Shown here: piece after piece, positions 16,794 through 27,720 of the stretch
How the letters are laid out: the number at the start of each line of letters is the position of its first letter
How positions within the stretch are numbered: position 1 is the first letter of the stretch
Source: Deltaproteobacteria bacterium
GTDB taxonomy: Bacteria > Desulfobacterota > Desulfobacteria > Desulfobacterales > GCA-2748835
Length of the DNA stretch: 64,000 nucleotides
Direction: 5' to 3'
Assembly (NCBI GenBank): GCA_002748835.1
Contig: PDTL01000013.1
Location: 140,510-204,509, forward strand
Translations under genes and position numbers: made by a program
The notes under the pieces: model-generated
Database searches by the model: none
What the model was told of the DNA's origin: nothing
Seen by the model: the letters and a program-made list of their open reading frames with translations, nothing else

Positions 16794-17249
16794 TTAATTT
16801 TGTGCGTTCATATAAACCGTCATGATCAGGGCGTCCTCGTTAGTGTCGGCGTAGTATCCGGACCGTGTTCCCACGGTCTGGAACCCGGCGCGTTCATAGC
16901 ATCGGATGGCCGGAATGTTGGACGCTCGGACTTCAAGTGTCGATATCCGTGCTCCCTGCTTTAACCCGATACCCAGGACTTTGTCAAGAAGCTGGCCTGC
17001 AATGCCTTTCCGCTGATGGCCGGGTGCGGTGAGAATTTTTACGATATGCAGTTCATCGTACATGAGCCGGGCGCATAGATAACCGGTAATGGTGGTGTCT
17101 GAATCGAAAAAAGCGGGGGCGGCACATTCGGCGATCAGGCAGTAAGGGGCAGACAGTGTGAGTTCTTCACGAAAGGACGCGTCTTTCCAGGGGCGATGGA
17201 ATTCGGCGGTCTCCAGCTGAACCATGCGGGGGATGTCTGCGATGGACAT
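16794..17249 (-). CDS. rimI: GNAT acetyltransferase, RimI-like
   Basis: GNAT core HQRKGIAGQLL. Start placed at MSIADI. The longer ORF would overlap the upstream gene by 38 nt. Confidence 0.65.
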   Translation of the reverse strand: MSIADIPRMVQLETAEFHRPWKDASFREELTLSAPYCLIAECAAPAFFDSDTTITGYLCARLMYDELHIVKILTAPGHQRKGIAGQLLDKVLGIGLKQGARISTLEVRASNIPAIRCYERAGFQTVGTRSGYYADTNEDALIMTVYMNAQN

Positions 17250-17283
17250 CTTCCGGATCAGGCAGGACTCACCGGTCGCCGTC

Positions 17284-17703
17284 TCATTCGGCACGCCGGG
17301 TGTTTCCCTGGAGAATACCACTGGCCGTGGAGATGCTCCGTTTGCCGGTCACTTCAAGCAGCCTTGCCACCTGGGTCAGGTCTGTATCCTGCTGTTTGCT
17401 GATCGCTTTAAGCAGCACGGGGAGATTGACGCCGGAGATAACCTCCACCTTTCCTTCGTCCAGAAGCGAGTAGCTCAGGTTGGAGGGCGTGCCGCCGAAC
17501 ATGTCGGTCAGCAGCAGTACACCGTGACCCGTGTTGATGTGTTTGATTTCAGACGCCAGGCGGGCATGAAGATCATCCACACTGCTGGTCAGATCAATGC
17601 ATACCGGTTTTACGTTCTCCGGCATGGTGCCGAGTATGAGCTTGGCGGTTTCGATGAGACTTTTCCCAAGACCGCCGTGGGTAACCACTAAGATGCCTAT
17701 CAT
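17284..17703 (-). CDS. PTS EIIA component, mannose/fructose family
   Basis: MIGILVVTHGGLGKSL N-terminus is typical of EIIA-Man. Confidence 0.8.
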   Translation of the reverse strand: MIGILVVTHGGLGKSLIETAKLILGTMPENVKPVCIDLTSSVDDLHARLASEIKHINTGHGVLLLTDMFGGTPSNLSYSLLDEGKVEVISGVNLPVLLKAISKQQDTDLTQVARLLEVTGKRSISTASGILQGNTRRAE

Positions 17704-17731
17704 AAGTATCCTTGCAAATAAAAAGCGTCAC

Positions 17732-18637
17732 CTAATGCTGGGAAATATCCCGATGGGTGACGGTTACCGGTATGCCGTGTTTGCGCACGGCATCTCCAAT
17801 ATAACGGGACAGAACGACCGAACGGTGGCGACCGCCGGTGCATCCGATGCCGATGGTCAGATAGGATTTCCCTTCTTTTTGATAATAGGGGACGAGAAAA
17901 TCGAGCAGGTCGATGTATTTGGACAGAAATGTCTGGGTTGCTTCCTGGGAGAGTACAAAATCCCGAATCGGTTCTGTCTCTCCGTCGAGATGTCTGATAT
18001 CTGATATGAAATAGGGATTGGGCAGGAACCGGACATCCATGAGCAGGTCCAGATCTACAGGCACGCCGAACTTGAAGCCGAACGAGATAACCTGAATACG
18101 CATCCGCCGGGTGGGGATGTATTTTTGTGCCAGGGAGAAGATCACGGCTTTGAGTTTGTGGGCCGTATACTCGGATGAATCGATGCGGGTGTCGGCAGCT
18201 GCCTTGAGGGGCGCAAGGAGACGCTGTTCTTCACGTACGCCGTCGATAATGGATACGCTCTGCCCGATGGGGTGGGTGCGCCGGGTCTCTTTGTATCGCC
18301 GGATCAGCACCGATTCCTGGGCTTCGAGGAAGAGCAGGGTAAAGCGGTATCCCTTGCGCCGGATTTCCTGAAAAACATCCGGGTAATGCCCGATAAAGCT
18401 CCGCTCGCGCAGATCCATGACAAAAGCAAGACCGTTGATATCCGTGACATTTTCCGCAGGCAGCTCAAGAAATTTGGGGAGCAGGGCCACAGGCATGTTG
18501 TCGACACAGTAAAAACCAGCATCTTCAAATGCGTCGATTGCCGTACTTTTCCCGGATCCGGAGAGCCCGGTAATGACGATGATGGGCAGATTCTTCATCT
18601 GCTGCGGTATCGCGGATTCTGTGTTAGAAGTCTTCAT
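17732..18637 (-). CDS. rapZ: RNase adapter protein RapZ (YhbJ)
   Basis: ITGLSGSGKSTA P-loop and the C-terminal IGCTGGRHRSV motif. Confidence 0.9.
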   Translation of the reverse strand: MKTSNTESAIPQQMKNLPIIVITGLSGSGKSTAIDAFEDAGFYCVDNMPVALLPKFLELPAENVTDINGLAFVMDLRERSFIGHYPDVFQEIRRKGYRFTLLFLEAQESVLIRRYKETRRTHPIGQSVSIIDGVREEQRLLAPLKAAADTRIDSSEYTAHKLKAVIFSLAQKYIPTRRMRIQVISFGFKFGVPVDLDLLMDVRFLPNPYFISDIRHLDGETEPIRDFVLSQEATQTFLSKYIDLLDFLVPYYQKEGKSYLTIGIGCTGGRHRSVVLSRYIGDAVRKHGIPVTVTHRDISQH

Positions 18638-19082
18638 CTTTTGCTTCGATAACCGCCAGGATGTCTTCCGGGGTTTCTGCCTGGAGCAGCTGCTCCCTGA
18701 AATGCTCGTCCCGAAGATATTTGGAGAGCTGGGCCAAAATTTTCAGGTGAATCCCTGTCGAATCCTCAGGCGTAATCAGGAGGAAAAAAAGATGAACCGG
18801 ACGGCCGTCGAGTGAATCGAAACGCACACCGTTGCGACTGCGCCCGAATCCGATGTACAAGGTATCCAGTCCTTTGAGTTTGCCGTGGGGAATGCCCACG
18901 CCATTTCCGATGCCGGTGCTTCCCAGCTGTTCACGCTCCATGAGAATGCGGACAAGCTCGGACGGTTCTACGCCGGCCACGGGGGCAAGCGGAGCAGCCA
19001 GTTCTTCGAGTGTGCCCTTCTTGTCGGAAGTGCGCAAGTCGGGAAGAACGGCTTCCTTCGGGATTACATCAAGTAGTCGCAT
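18624..19082 (-). CDS. ptsN: PTS-Ntr EIIA
   Basis: GIGNGVGIPHGK phosphorylation-site motif. Position downstream of hpf/rpoN. Confidence 0.85.
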   Translation of the reverse strand: MRLLDVIPKEAVLPDLRTSDKKGTLEELAAPLAPVAGVEPSELVRILMEREQLGSTGIGNGVGIPHGKLKGLDTLYIGFGRSRNGVRFDSLDGRPVHLFFLLITPEDSTGIHLKILAQLSKYLRDEHFREQLLQAETPEDILAVIEAKDEDF

Positions 19083-19114
19083 GAAACATCACCCGTTCTA
19101 AAAACCAAAACCGT

Positions 19115-19660
19115 TTATACGCGCGGTTGAATCAGACCCATGTTACCGTCTGCACGGCGGTAGAGCACATTGACCTGTTCGGAGTCGGCATTTGTAAACA
19201 CAAAAAACGCAGTGTTACGCTGAAGGCGCATCTGGAGCATGGCCTCATCAATATCCATGGGCTTGTAGTCGATGGTCTCAACGACGATGGATGGCTCTGG
19301 TTCGTCATCTCCTTCAGGCCCAAGTGAGCTGGGTGCCAGACTGTCGTCTTTGATCCCCCTTTTCGAGACCGGACGTTTTTCACGAACTTTCTGTTTGCTT
19401 TTTTTGATCTGCTTTTTCAGCTTGTCCGTGACTTTGTCAATGGCGGAATACATGCTGTCGGTTTCTTCTGTTGCATGGATTTTTATCCACTTGGAGGTAA
19501 GGGAAACTTCCGCTATGTACCTGATTTTCTCTACAGAAAGCACCACATTTGCTTCCGCAGGTGCATCCAGAAGCTTTTCGATGCGGTCAAGTTTTTTTTG
19601 CACATACTCTTTCAACGCGTCGGAGGAATCGAGCTTCTTGAATGTAACCGATACTTGCAT
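19115..19660 (-). CDS. hpf: Ribosome hibernation promoting factor (long form)
   Basis: 181 aa with an S30AE N-terminal domain and a C-terminal dimerisation domain. Immediately downstream of rpoN. Confidence 0.9.
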   Translation of the reverse strand: MQVSVTFKKLDSSDALKEYVQKKLDRIEKLLDAPAEANVVLSVEKIRYIAEVSLTSKWIKIHATEETDSMYSAIDKVTDKLKKQIKKSKQKVREKRPVSKRGIKDDSLAPSSLGPEGDDEPEPSIVVETIDYKPMDIDEAMLQMRLQRNTAFFVFTNADSEQVNVLYRRADGNMGLIQPRV

Positions 19661-19669
19661 AGGACCTCC

Positions 19670-21121
19670 TTAGGGCTGTCTGCGTTTGCTGGATGGTAAA
19701 ATTTTTAGTATATCTCTATACTTAGCAACTGTACGACGTGCAATGTCGACATTCGAATCCTTCAGGATCGTGGCGATCTGTTCGTCGCTGAACGGTTTTT
19801 TGGGATCCTCTCGTTCAATGATTTTCTTGATTTTTTCCTGGACACTGGCAGATGCAATAGCCGCTCCGTGGACGCGGTTGATAGAACTGTTGAAGAAATA
19901 TTTGAGCTCAAATATACCTTGCGGGGTATAGGCGTATTTATTGGTCGTGACCCGGCTGATGGTCGATTCATGCATGTCTATATCCTGGGCCACATCCCGC
20001 AATACCATTGGCTTGAGATAAGCAATCCCCTTGTCGAAGAACTCACGCTGGAATTTCAGGATACTCTGCATCACGTTATAAATGGTTTTCTGCCGCTGAT
20101 GAATGCTTTTGATGAGCCATGTGGCGGACCGCATTTTTTCATCAAGATAGGCTTTTGCATTATCGGAAATTTTCTCACCCCGGTCAATGGCTTTTTTATA
20201 GTAGGGATTGATGCGGAGCTTGGGTAACCCATCATCATTGAGCATGACGACGTACTCATCCTCTATCTTGTAAACATAGATGTCAGGAGTAATGTAAATT
20301 GACTCGTCTTCAGCAAACCTGCGGCCGGGCCTGGGCTCTAAAGTCCGAATCAGGTTCACCACATCGACCACGTCTTCCAGGGTGACCTTGAGGGCACGGC
20401 AGATCGCCTTGTAGTTCTTGTTTTCAAGGTGCTTCATGTGGTCGGTGAGGATGCGGGTCATCAGCTCGGAGTCGATACCCAGCAGTTCCGCCTGATTCAG
20501 CAGACATTCGCCCAGGTCTCTGGAACAGACACCCGGGGGATCGAACCGCTGAATTTGGTACAGGACATCCTCCACATTATCCGGGGATACGGCCAGGGCT
20601 TGGCTGATGGCGTCCACGTCCATGGTGAGGTAGCCGTCACGGTTCAGGTTGCCGATGATCATACTGCCGATGCGTTCAGCTTCCGGATTCGGTTTTTTCA
20701 TAAGAAACTGCCAGAGCAGATGATCTTCAAGCGACTCTTTGCCGGCAATAAAGGTTTCGTACCTGGGTGCGTCTTTTGCCTCGTATTCGAATTGTGACTG
20801 GGTTTTGCCAAGAGAACTGTACTCTTCGATGTAATTGCTCCAGTCGATGTCTTCGGGAAGTTTCTCTTCTATTTTGATTTCTTCAGTGGCCGGCGTTTCG
20901 GCGTGCGCATATTCGGATTCTACGGAATCCGGTTCGATGCGGTCATCCGGAGCATCCTGGTATTCATCAAGCGTTGGATTTTCCACGAGCTCCTGATTGA
21001 TCATATCAATCATTTCAAGCCGTGAAAGCTGGAGCAGTTTGATCGCCTGTTGCAGCTGGGGGGTCATGATCAGCTGCTGCGACAGCTTTAATTTAAGATC
21101 CTGTTGTAAATGAATGGCCAT
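19670..21121 (-). CDS. rpoN: RNA polymerase sigma-54 factor
   Basis: N-terminus LKLKLSQQLIMTPQLQQAIKLLQLS and the C-terminal RpoN box ARRTVAKYR. Confidence 0.95.
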   Translation of the reverse strand: MAIHLQQDLKLKLSQQLIMTPQLQQAIKLLQLSRLEMIDMINQELVENPTLDEYQDAPDDRIEPDSVESEYAHAETPATEEIKIEEKLPEDIDWSNYIEEYSSLGKTQSQFEYEAKDAPRYETFIAGKESLEDHLLWQFLMKKPNPEAERIGSMIIGNLNRDGYLTMDVDAISQALAVSPDNVEDVLYQIQRFDPPGVCSRDLGECLLNQAELLGIDSELMTRILTDHMKHLENKNYKAICRALKVTLEDVVDVVNLIRTLEPRPGRRFAEDESIYITPDIYVYKIEDEYVVMLNDDGLPKLRINPYYKKAIDRGEKISDNAKAYLDEKMRSATWLIKSIHQRQKTIYNVMQSILKFQREFFDKGIAYLKPMVLRDVAQDIDMHESTISRVTTNKYAYTPQGIFELKYFFNSSINRVHGAAIASASVQEKIKKIIEREDPKKPFSDEQIATILKDSNVDIARRTVAKYRDILKILPSSKRRQP

Positions 21122-21123
21122 GG

Positions 21124-21846
21124 CTACAATCTGAATTCTTTACCCAGATATATTCTCCGGGCGATTTCACTGTTGGCAATATGATTCGGTGAACCGGACT
21201 CGATCACCGATCCCTGACTCAGAATATAGGCAGTGTCACAGACACTCAATGTTTCTCTGACATTGTGATCGGAAATCAGCACGCCGATGCCGCGATTTGT
21301 CAGGTGGCGGATGATATCCCGGATGTCAGCGACCGCAAGCGGGTCGACGCCGGCAAAGGGTTCATCGAGCAGCACAAATTTCGGATCGGTGGCCAGTACC
21401 CTTGATATTTCGAGCCGTCGCCGTTCACCTCCGGAGAGCAGGCCTGCTTTCTGGCCGGAGCGTTTCAGGATACCGAGCTCATCTAAAAGTCCCTTAATTC
21501 TGCTGCGCCGTTCAGCTGCGGTCAGGGGCATGAATTCCAGAATGGTTTCAATGTTGTCATACACGGTCAGTTTCCGGAAAATTGACGCCTCCTGAGGCAG
21601 GTAGCCGATTCCTTTTCTCGATCGGCGGTACATGGGGTCTGTTGTAATATCCTCGCCACTGAGCAGCACCGATCCCTTATCCGGGTGGATCATGCCCACT
21701 GTCATATAAAAGGTGGTGGTCTTTCCGGCACCGTTTGGTCCGAGAAGACCGGTCACCCGGCCGCTTTCCACGGTCATGGACACCTGGTTAACGACGGTCC
21801 GCCGGTTGTAGCGTTTGACCAGTTTCCTGACTTCAAGTGTCGTCAT
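21124..21846 (-). CDS. lptB: LPS export ABC transporter ATP-binding protein
   Basis: GPNGAGKTT, LSGGERRRLEI, LLDEPFAGVDP. Confidence 0.95.
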   Translation of the reverse strand: MTTLEVRKLVKRYNRRTVVNQVSMTVESGRVTGLLGPNGAGKTTTFYMTVGMIHPDKGSVLLSGEDITTDPMYRRSRKGIGYLPQEASIFRKLTVYDNIETILEFMPLTAAERRSRIKGLLDELGILKRSGQKAGLLSGGERRRLEISRVLATDPKFVLLDEPFAGVDPLAVADIRDIIRHLTNRGIGVLISDHNVRETLSVCDTAYILSQGSVIESGSPNHIANSEIARRIYLGKEFRL

Positions 21847-22475
21847 TGGCCCTGCTTTGTCTCTGCAGCCGAAGCAGGATCGGTTTCCGGCTGAAAAAAC
21901 GCTTCCACAGGTGCGTCTGCCGAGCCTTCCACGGCAACAGTGCCGGTGTGCTGGTTCAGCGTGATCCGCTGCCCGGAGATACTGCTTTCCGGCGTGGTCA
22001 GCGTGGTTTTTTCCCCTTGGAGTATGAGCAGACCGGAGGATCTGTCAAATACGGCCGTGTCTGTTCGGGCGACCGATGTCTGAAAATGGATCACCACATG
22101 ACCTTCAGCTGTGACCTGCCGGACATTCCGGGCGGCCTGGCCCAGCGTGTCACGCCCGGCTGTTTTGTCAGTCGTTTCTTTGGACCCGTTACCCGTATCG
22201 GTGCTGGTTTGTGTTTTTTCAGTGTTCCGGACATAGTCGATGGCCATCGTGTCTGAGAAGAGTTTCCAGTTGTCCTGCCAGGCAACGACAGTGCCGGTAA
22301 GGACAATCCGGTTATCCCGGGTAAAGGCTTCCAAACGGTCTGCCTGGAACTGCAGCGGCTTTTCCGGGTCGATTTCGGGCGCAGCAAGCGGCTGCGTTGA
22401 AGCCGGGCTGACACGCAACACAGACCACAACAGGATGACGCACAGACATCGATATCGCTTATTCATTGCCAGCAT
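21843..22475 (-). CDS. lptA: LptA/OstA-family LPS transport periplasmic protein
   Basis: Signal peptide, size, and position between lptC and lptB. Confidence 0.7.
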   Translation of the reverse strand: MLAMNKRYRCLCVILLWSVLRVSPASTQPLAAPEIDPEKPLQFQADRLEAFTRDNRIVLTGTVVAWQDNWKLFSDTMAIDYVRNTEKTQTSTDTGNGSKETTDKTAGRDTLGQAARNVRQVTAEGHVVIHFQTSVARTDTAVFDRSSGLLILQGEKTTLTTPESSISGQRITLNQHTGTVAVEGSADAPVEAFFQPETDPASAAETKQGQ

Positions 22476-23025
22476 AAGAGAAATGACCTCTTACCTTACC
22501 AGATAGCCTTGTTTCTGATCGGGTCAGATCAATGATCATGGATGCTGCCAGACATTCCATGCCCTGCCTGTAGATCCGGACCGGTGAATGGGTAAGTATC
22601 ATAGCGTTATTGTGCCTGTATTGCAATGATGCGGTTTCCAAAGCAAACAGGGGGTGGGTGACATGCACATCACCGAAAAGCTGAATCTCAGATGTCGCCG
22701 TATCCAGGGTGCCCTGTGTGGCGGTGGCAGTGATCCATTCGGTATCCATACGGATTTTCAGGACGATTCCCTTGAATGCAGCCTGATGTTCGTTTGTTGA
22801 ATAGTCTGCGGATGCTGCTGTGAGTTCCCACTGGAGTACACCGTCGGTGCTGGATTCATGATGAATTCGGGACAGGGAAATATCCGGTTGGGTGGCAGGG
22901 GGCACCGGAGGGGGGGGCGGTGTGTCTGCCTGTTGGCGGAAACGGACGACCCAAAGCAGCAGGAGGATGATTCCGGCAGCAGCGAGGCATAACCGGCGAG
23001 GGCACAGGTGAAGACGCGTTCGCAT
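22459..23025 (-). CDS. lptC: LptC-like LPS export protein
   Basis: N-terminal membrane anchor. Position between kdsC and lptA. Start taken at MRTRLHL, which overlaps the kdsC stop. Confidence 0.55.
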   Translation of the reverse strand: MRTRLHLCPRRLCLAAAGIILLLLWVVRFRQQADTPPPPPVPPATQPDISLSRIHHESSTDGVLQWELTAASADYSTNEHQAAFKGIVLKIRMDTEWITATATQGTLDTATSEIQLFGDVHVTHPLFALETASLQYRHNNAMILTHSPVRIYRQGMECLAASMIIDLTRSETRLSGKVRGHFSYAGNE

Positions 23026-23549
23026 CAGGCCGCGCCGCCTCCGTAGCGGCGGCAGATTTTCTCCCATTTTCCGCCAGCTTTGAGAAGCGCTTCAGCCAAC
23101 TCACGGACGGCGCCGTGTCCGCCGGGCAGCCGTGTCACCCAATTTGCCGTGCGTCTGACCCGGGGGTGGGCGTCTGCGACGGCAGCGGAAAAACCGACCT
23201 GTTTCATGATGGCCATATCAATGAGGTCATCACCGAGAAACGCCATGTCTGTGGCGGGGACCCCGGTAGCGTTTTCCAGCTCGGGGATCAGGGCGGCCTT
23301 GTCTTTGACACCCTGATAAACGCGGGTGATGCCGAGATCCTGGCACCGCGCGGCCACAGCAGCGGATTTCCGGCCGGTGATCACACCCACCGCGATGCCA
23401 GCCTCCTGAAGCATACGGATGCCCAGTCCGTCCCGGACATGGAAGCGCTTTATTGTTTCGCCGGCTTCGCTGAACAGGAGGCTTCCGTCCGTGAGGACGC
23501 CGTCCACATCCAGCAGGAGCAGGCGGATGGTTCCGGGGATGGGTGGCAT
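23025..23549 (-). CDS. kdsC: KDO 8-phosphate phosphatase (HAD family)
   Basis: LLLLDVDGVLTDG HAD motif I. Start ATG at 23549 overlaps the kdsA stop. Confidence 0.85.
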   Translation of the reverse strand: MPPIPGTIRLLLLDVDGVLTDGSLLFSEAGETIKRFHVRDGLGIRMLQEAGIAVGVITGRKSAAVAARCQDLGITRVYQGVKDKAALIPELENATGVPATDMAFLGDDLIDMAIMKQVGFSAAVADAHPRVRRTANWVTRLPGGHGAVRELAEALLKAGGKWEKICRRYGGGAA

Positions 23550-24376
23550 CAGTGGGTCTCCTTCTGGACAATGCTGCGGATGGCAAGCAGGTCTTTGATA
23601 AACGGGTGAACCGTATCCAGAGGCAGGGAATTGGGACCGTCGCACAGGGCCGTATCCGGGTCTGGGTGGATTTCCATGAAGATACCGTCAGCGCCTGCGG
23701 CCACGGCCGCCCGGCCGAGGACCGGGGCATATTCCCGCTGGCCCCCGGACGCAGTTCCCTGACCGCCGGGAAGCTGAACACTGTGGGTGGCGTCAAAAAC
23801 CACCGGATGGCCAAATGCCTGCATGATGGGGATACTGCGGAAGTCGACGACCAGATTGTTGTATCCAAAAGCGGCCCCGCGCTCGGTCAGAAAAATATCA
23901 TGGTTGCCTGTTGATTCGATTTTTTGGATGACCGGTGCCATGTCCCAGGGTGCGAGAAACTGCCCTTTTTTGATATTGACGGGTTTACCGGCGCGGGCGA
24001 CCGCCTGGATGAAGTCGGTCTGGCGGCAGAGGAAGGCCGGTATCTGCAGGATATCAAGGACCGCTGCTGCCGGTGTCACTTCATCGGTCGTATGAACATC
24101 TGAGAGAATCGGCAGACCGGTTTGCTGTCGGACGGTTGCGAGCAGCTCGAGCCCTGCGGTGATGCCAGGGCCGCGAAAGGAACGGATCGATGTCCGGTTG
24201 GCCTTGTCATAGGATGCCTTGAAAACAATCGGAACCTTTAGATCGTCACGGATACGGGCCAGGGTGTCTGCAATGGTCAGGGTTGTCTTTTCATCTTCCA
24301 GGACGCAGGGGCCTGCGATGATAAAAAAGTCGTGAGCCGCGTCAGGAAAGGTGTTCCGGATGGCAGTGGGTATCAT
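23549..24376 (-). CDS. kdsA: 2-dehydro-3-deoxyphosphooctonate aldolase
   Basis: [31 protein letters not shown]. Start set at MIPTAI, giving 275 aa. Confidence 0.9.
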   Translation of the reverse strand: MIPTAIRNTFPDAAHDFFIIAGPCVLEDEKTTLTIADTLARIRDDLKVPIVFKASYDKANRTSIRSFRGPGITAGLELLATVRQQTGLPILSDVHTTDEVTPAAAVLDILQIPAFLCRQTDFIQAVARAGKPVNIKKGQFLAPWDMAPVIQKIESTGNHDIFLTERGAAFGYNNLVVDFRSIPIMQAFGHPVVFDATHSVQLPGGQGTASGGQREYAPVLGRAAVAAGADGIFMEIHPDPDTALCDGPNSLPLDTVHPFIKDLLAIRSIVQKETH

Positions 24377-24621
24377 GGTGGATCCGCCTTTTGTTTCATG
24401 TTTCCCCATCTTGGTATTGTATACGGTAACGACATCCATGGGGTGATGGCAGCGGGTGCAGGAAATGGAGGTCCGCATTGACTGCCGTTCTCAGTCCTAG
24501 ATATTTACGTTGAGACGTATGGAAATGTCAAACGGGTTTATGGAAATCAACCTTGCTAAGAATCGACTGAATTGCTATATCAACTTAACTACTGGCTGAT
24601 AATAAGTTTAAGGTGTTGAAA

Positions 24622-25989
24622 ATGAAAACAAAAACTAAGAAACGTCTAATCCTGTTGCTTTTGTTGTTCATACTAGGTGCTGTCACTGGCGTGGTGTTGA
24701 TCCAATTTGAAGGGAAAAAACCGGAACTGGTGCTCGATGATGTGGTGCGTTCTGTCGGGATCCAGCGGACCCTTTCCGGCCACGTGTCTGATCAAGGGAA
24801 GGGAATCCGGCGGATATGGATCGCCCTGATCAGGGATAAAACAGAAACCGTGTTATTTGAAGAAACCCTTCCGTCTGCTGGTTTTATCCGGGGGGGTATG
24901 GTGTTTGACAAGGAAGTATCCCTGGATGTGAACCCCACTGCGCTGGGGATTTCAGACGGGCCGGCAACCTTGAGAATCGCTGTCTGGGATTACTCCTGGC
25001 GGAACTGGCTCAAGGGAAATACCCTGTACAGTGAATTTCCCATCACCATCGACACCCGACCGCCGTCAATTTCCATTCTCTCCCGCCAGCACAATATCAA
25101 CCAGGGCGGTGCCGCTGTGGTGGTCTACCGGGTGACGGATGATACGGTGGACACCGGCGTGAAGGTCGGTGACAACCGATATGATGGGTATAGCGGATAT
25201 TTCAAGGATCCGTCGGTTTATTTGGCTTTTTTTGCACTTTCTCACACACAAGGGAAAAACACCCCGCTGTGGGTGGAGGCGGTGGATGCAGCCGGTAATA
25301 CCGCGAAAACCGGATTCCCGTGTTATATTCGGAACCGGAAATTCAAAACGGACCGTATCCCGTTGTCTGACCGGTTTCTGAAGATGAAGATGCTGGAGTT
25401 CCAGGGAGATCCGGATGTGGCGGGTCAGGCATCCGCGCTTGAACAGTTTCTCATGGTCAATCGGAAGCTGCGTAAAGCCAATAGCGAGACCCTTCGGGCG
25501 GCCTGCAGTTCACCGGTTCAGAAAAAACAGTGGGACGGGGCCTTTCTGCGCCTGCCCAGGTCTGCAACCCGGGCGAATTTTGCGGACCACCGATCCTACA
25601 TGTATAACAATAAGGTGGTTGACCAGCAGTATCATATGGGGATTGATCTTGCCTCGGTTGCCCAGTCCCCGATCCCCGCTGCCAATGCGGGTACGGTCTG
25701 TATGGTTGGCCCTGTGGGTATTTACGGGATTGTGGTGATGATCGACCATGGATTCGGGATATTCAGTCAGTACGCCCACATGAGCCGGGCGGATGTGGCA
25801 CCGGGAGATGTTGTGGAGAAGGGCACGATCATCGGCAGAACCGGCGCCACCGGCCTGGCCGGCGGCGATCATCTCCACTTCGGTATGATGGTCGGTGAGA
25901 CCTTTGTGAATCCCGTGGAATGGTGGGACAGCAGCTGGATAGAGAACAATATCGAACGCAAACTCCGAAAGGTCGAAGCGAGCCTTTAG
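24622..25989 (+). CDS. M23-family metallopeptidase with N-terminal membrane anchor
   Basis: HMGIDLA ... GDHLHFG, the LytM/M23 motifs. Confidence 0.85.
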   Translation: MKTKTKKRLILLLLLFILGAVTGVVLIQFEGKKPELVLDDVVRSVGIQRTLSGHVSDQGKGIRRIWIALIRDKTETVLFEETLPSAGFIRGGMVFDKEVSLDVNPTALGISDGPATLRIAVWDYSWRNWLKGNTLYSEFPITIDTRPPSISILSRQHNINQGGAAVVVYRVTDDTVDTGVKVGDNRYDGYSGYFKDPSVYLAFFALSHTQGKNTPLWVEAVDAAGNTAKTGFPCYIRNRKFKTDRIPLSDRFLKMKMLEFQGDPDVAGQASALEQFLMVNRKLRKANSETLRAACSSPVQKKQWDGAFLRLPRSATRANFADHRSYMYNNKVVDQQYHMGIDLASVAQSPIPAANAGTVCMVGPVGIYGIVVMIDHGFGIFSQYAHMSRADVAPGDVVEKGTIIGRTGATGLAGGDHLHFGMMVGETFVNPVEWWDSSWIENNIERKLRKVEASL

Positions 25990-26119
25990 CACACGATGCA
26001 GGTGCGCGGAACATTGCAGAAATACTGAACGCGTGGATGGTAGGCTGCCGGTTGTTTCCAGGGCTTTTAGTTCACAGTACAGGTAGTAAACCAACGATTA
26101 TGAGAGATGAGGAACTGAT

Positions 26120-26764
26120 TTGAAAGATTCGCACACGGAACGTATGGACGGCGTCAAGGTCAAAGGAAAGATCCGGGAAAATGTGGAGGCCATTCTGATT
26201 GCCATTGTACTGGCCCTGTTTATCCGGACCTTCATTGTGCAGGCGTTTAAAATCCCGTCCGGCTCCATGAAGGAAACCCTGCTGATCGGCGACCATATCC
26301 TGGTCAATAAATTTATCTATGGTATCAAGATCCCCTTTGCAGATAAAATCCTGGTTCCCCTTTCCAATCCCAAACGGGATGATATCATTGTCTTCAAATA
26401 CCCGGAGGATCCGAAAAAGGACTTTATCAAGCGGGTGATCGGGCTGCCCGGAGATGTGATCGAAATCCGGAACAAACAGCTGATTATCAACGGCAATGTT
26501 CAGGAAACACCAAGTTATGCGGTTTACAAGGATAATAAGGTGATTCCGGCGGTCTTCAGCACACGGGATAATTTTGGGCCGTTTACGGTTCCCGAAGCGA
26601 GCCTGTTTGTCATGGGAGACAACCGTGATAACAGCCATGACAGCCGCTTCTGGGGTGTGGTGCCCAGGCGTTCCGTGAAAGGAAAGGCGTTCATGATTTA
26701 CTGGTCCTGGAACTCGGAGGCAAAATGGGTCCGCTGGAAACGGATCGGTGATCTGCTGCGATAA
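26120..26764 (+). CDS. lepB: Signal peptidase I
   Basis: IPSGSM (catalytic Ser), [20 protein letters not shown]. The start codon is uncertain (TTG at 26120 or ATG at 26144). Confidence 0.9.
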   Translation: MKDSHTERMDGVKVKGKIRENVEAILIAIVLALFIRTFIVQAFKIPSGSMKETLLIGDHILVNKFIYGIKIPFADKILVPLSNPKRDDIIVFKYPEDPKKDFIKRVIGLPGDVIEIRNKQLIINGNVQETPSYAVYKDNKVIPAVFSTRDNFGPFTVPEASLFVMGDNRDNSHDSRFWGVVPRRSVKGKAFMIYWSWNSEAKWVRWKRIGDLLR

Positions 26765-26778
26765 AGAAATCTGGACTG

Positions 26779-27720
26779 ATGAAACCGTTTACACACAAAC
26801 ATATTCTGGATATTGCCGCCCTATCCAGGGACGATATCACGCAAATTCTGGATACTGCCGACCGGATGAAGGACATCTCGGAGCGGCCGATAAAAAAAGT
26901 ACCCACGCTGCGGGGAAAGACGATCATCTTGTTTTTCCACGAGCCGAGTACCCGGACCAAGGTCTCCTTTGATATTGCCGCCAAACGTCTTAGCGCCGAC
27001 GCCATCGCGGTTGCCGCCAGTTCCAGCAGTATGGTCAAGGGGGAGACCCTGTCAGATACCGTCCTTACCCTGGAAGCCATGAAACCGGACATTCTTGTTG
27101 TCCGGCATTCGGCATCTGGTGCCCCCCATCTGATCTCCCAGCGAATCAACGCTTCGGTCATTAATGCAGGTGACGGCACCCATGCCCATCCCACTCAGGC
27201 CCTGCTCGACATGATGAGCGTTCGGGTGGCCAAAGGGCGGCTGGATGGACTCAAGGTGGCTGTGATCGGGGATATCGCCCACAGCCGGGTGGCCCGATCC
27301 AACATGGTGGGATTTACCCGCATGGGCGCGGATGTCCATGTGTTCGGTCCGCCGACCATGATGCCGCCTGGGCTCTCGGCATATGGGGTGACGGCAGCCG
27401 GTTCCGTGGATGAGGCGGTGGCGGACGCGGATGTGGTGATGATGCTCCGGATTCAGAAAGAGCGCCAGGAAAGCCACCTGTTCCCCACGGAACGAGAATA
27501 TGCACAGACCTTCGGTCTGTCGGCATCGCGGCTGGCCCTTGCAAAACCCGATGCACTGGTTATGCACCCCGGCCCGATGAATCGGGGGGTGGAGATCAAT
27601 CCGGATGTGGCGGACGGAAATCAGTCGGTGATTCTGGACCAGGTGACCAACGGGGTCGCGGTCCGGATGGCCCTTTTTTATCTGTTGGCCGGGGAGATGA
27701 CGCATGTTGATCAGGATTAA
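26779..27720 (+). CDS. pyrB: Aspartate carbamoyltransferase catalytic subunit
   Basis: [25 protein letters not shown]. Confidence 0.95.
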   Translation: MKPFTHKHILDIAALSRDDITQILDTADRMKDISERPIKKVPTLRGKTIILFFHEPSTRTKVSFDIAAKRLSADAIAVAASSSSMVKGETLSDTVLTLEAMKPDILVVRHSASGAPHLISQRINASVINAGDGTHAHPTQALLDMMSVRVAKGRLDGLKVAVIGDIAHSRVARSNMVGFTRMGADVHVFGPPTMMPPGLSAYGVTAAGSVDEAVADADVVMMLRIQKERQESHLFPTEREYAQTFGLSASRLALAKPDALVMHPGPMNRGVEINPDVADGNQSVILDQVTNGVAVRMALFYLLAGEMTHVDQD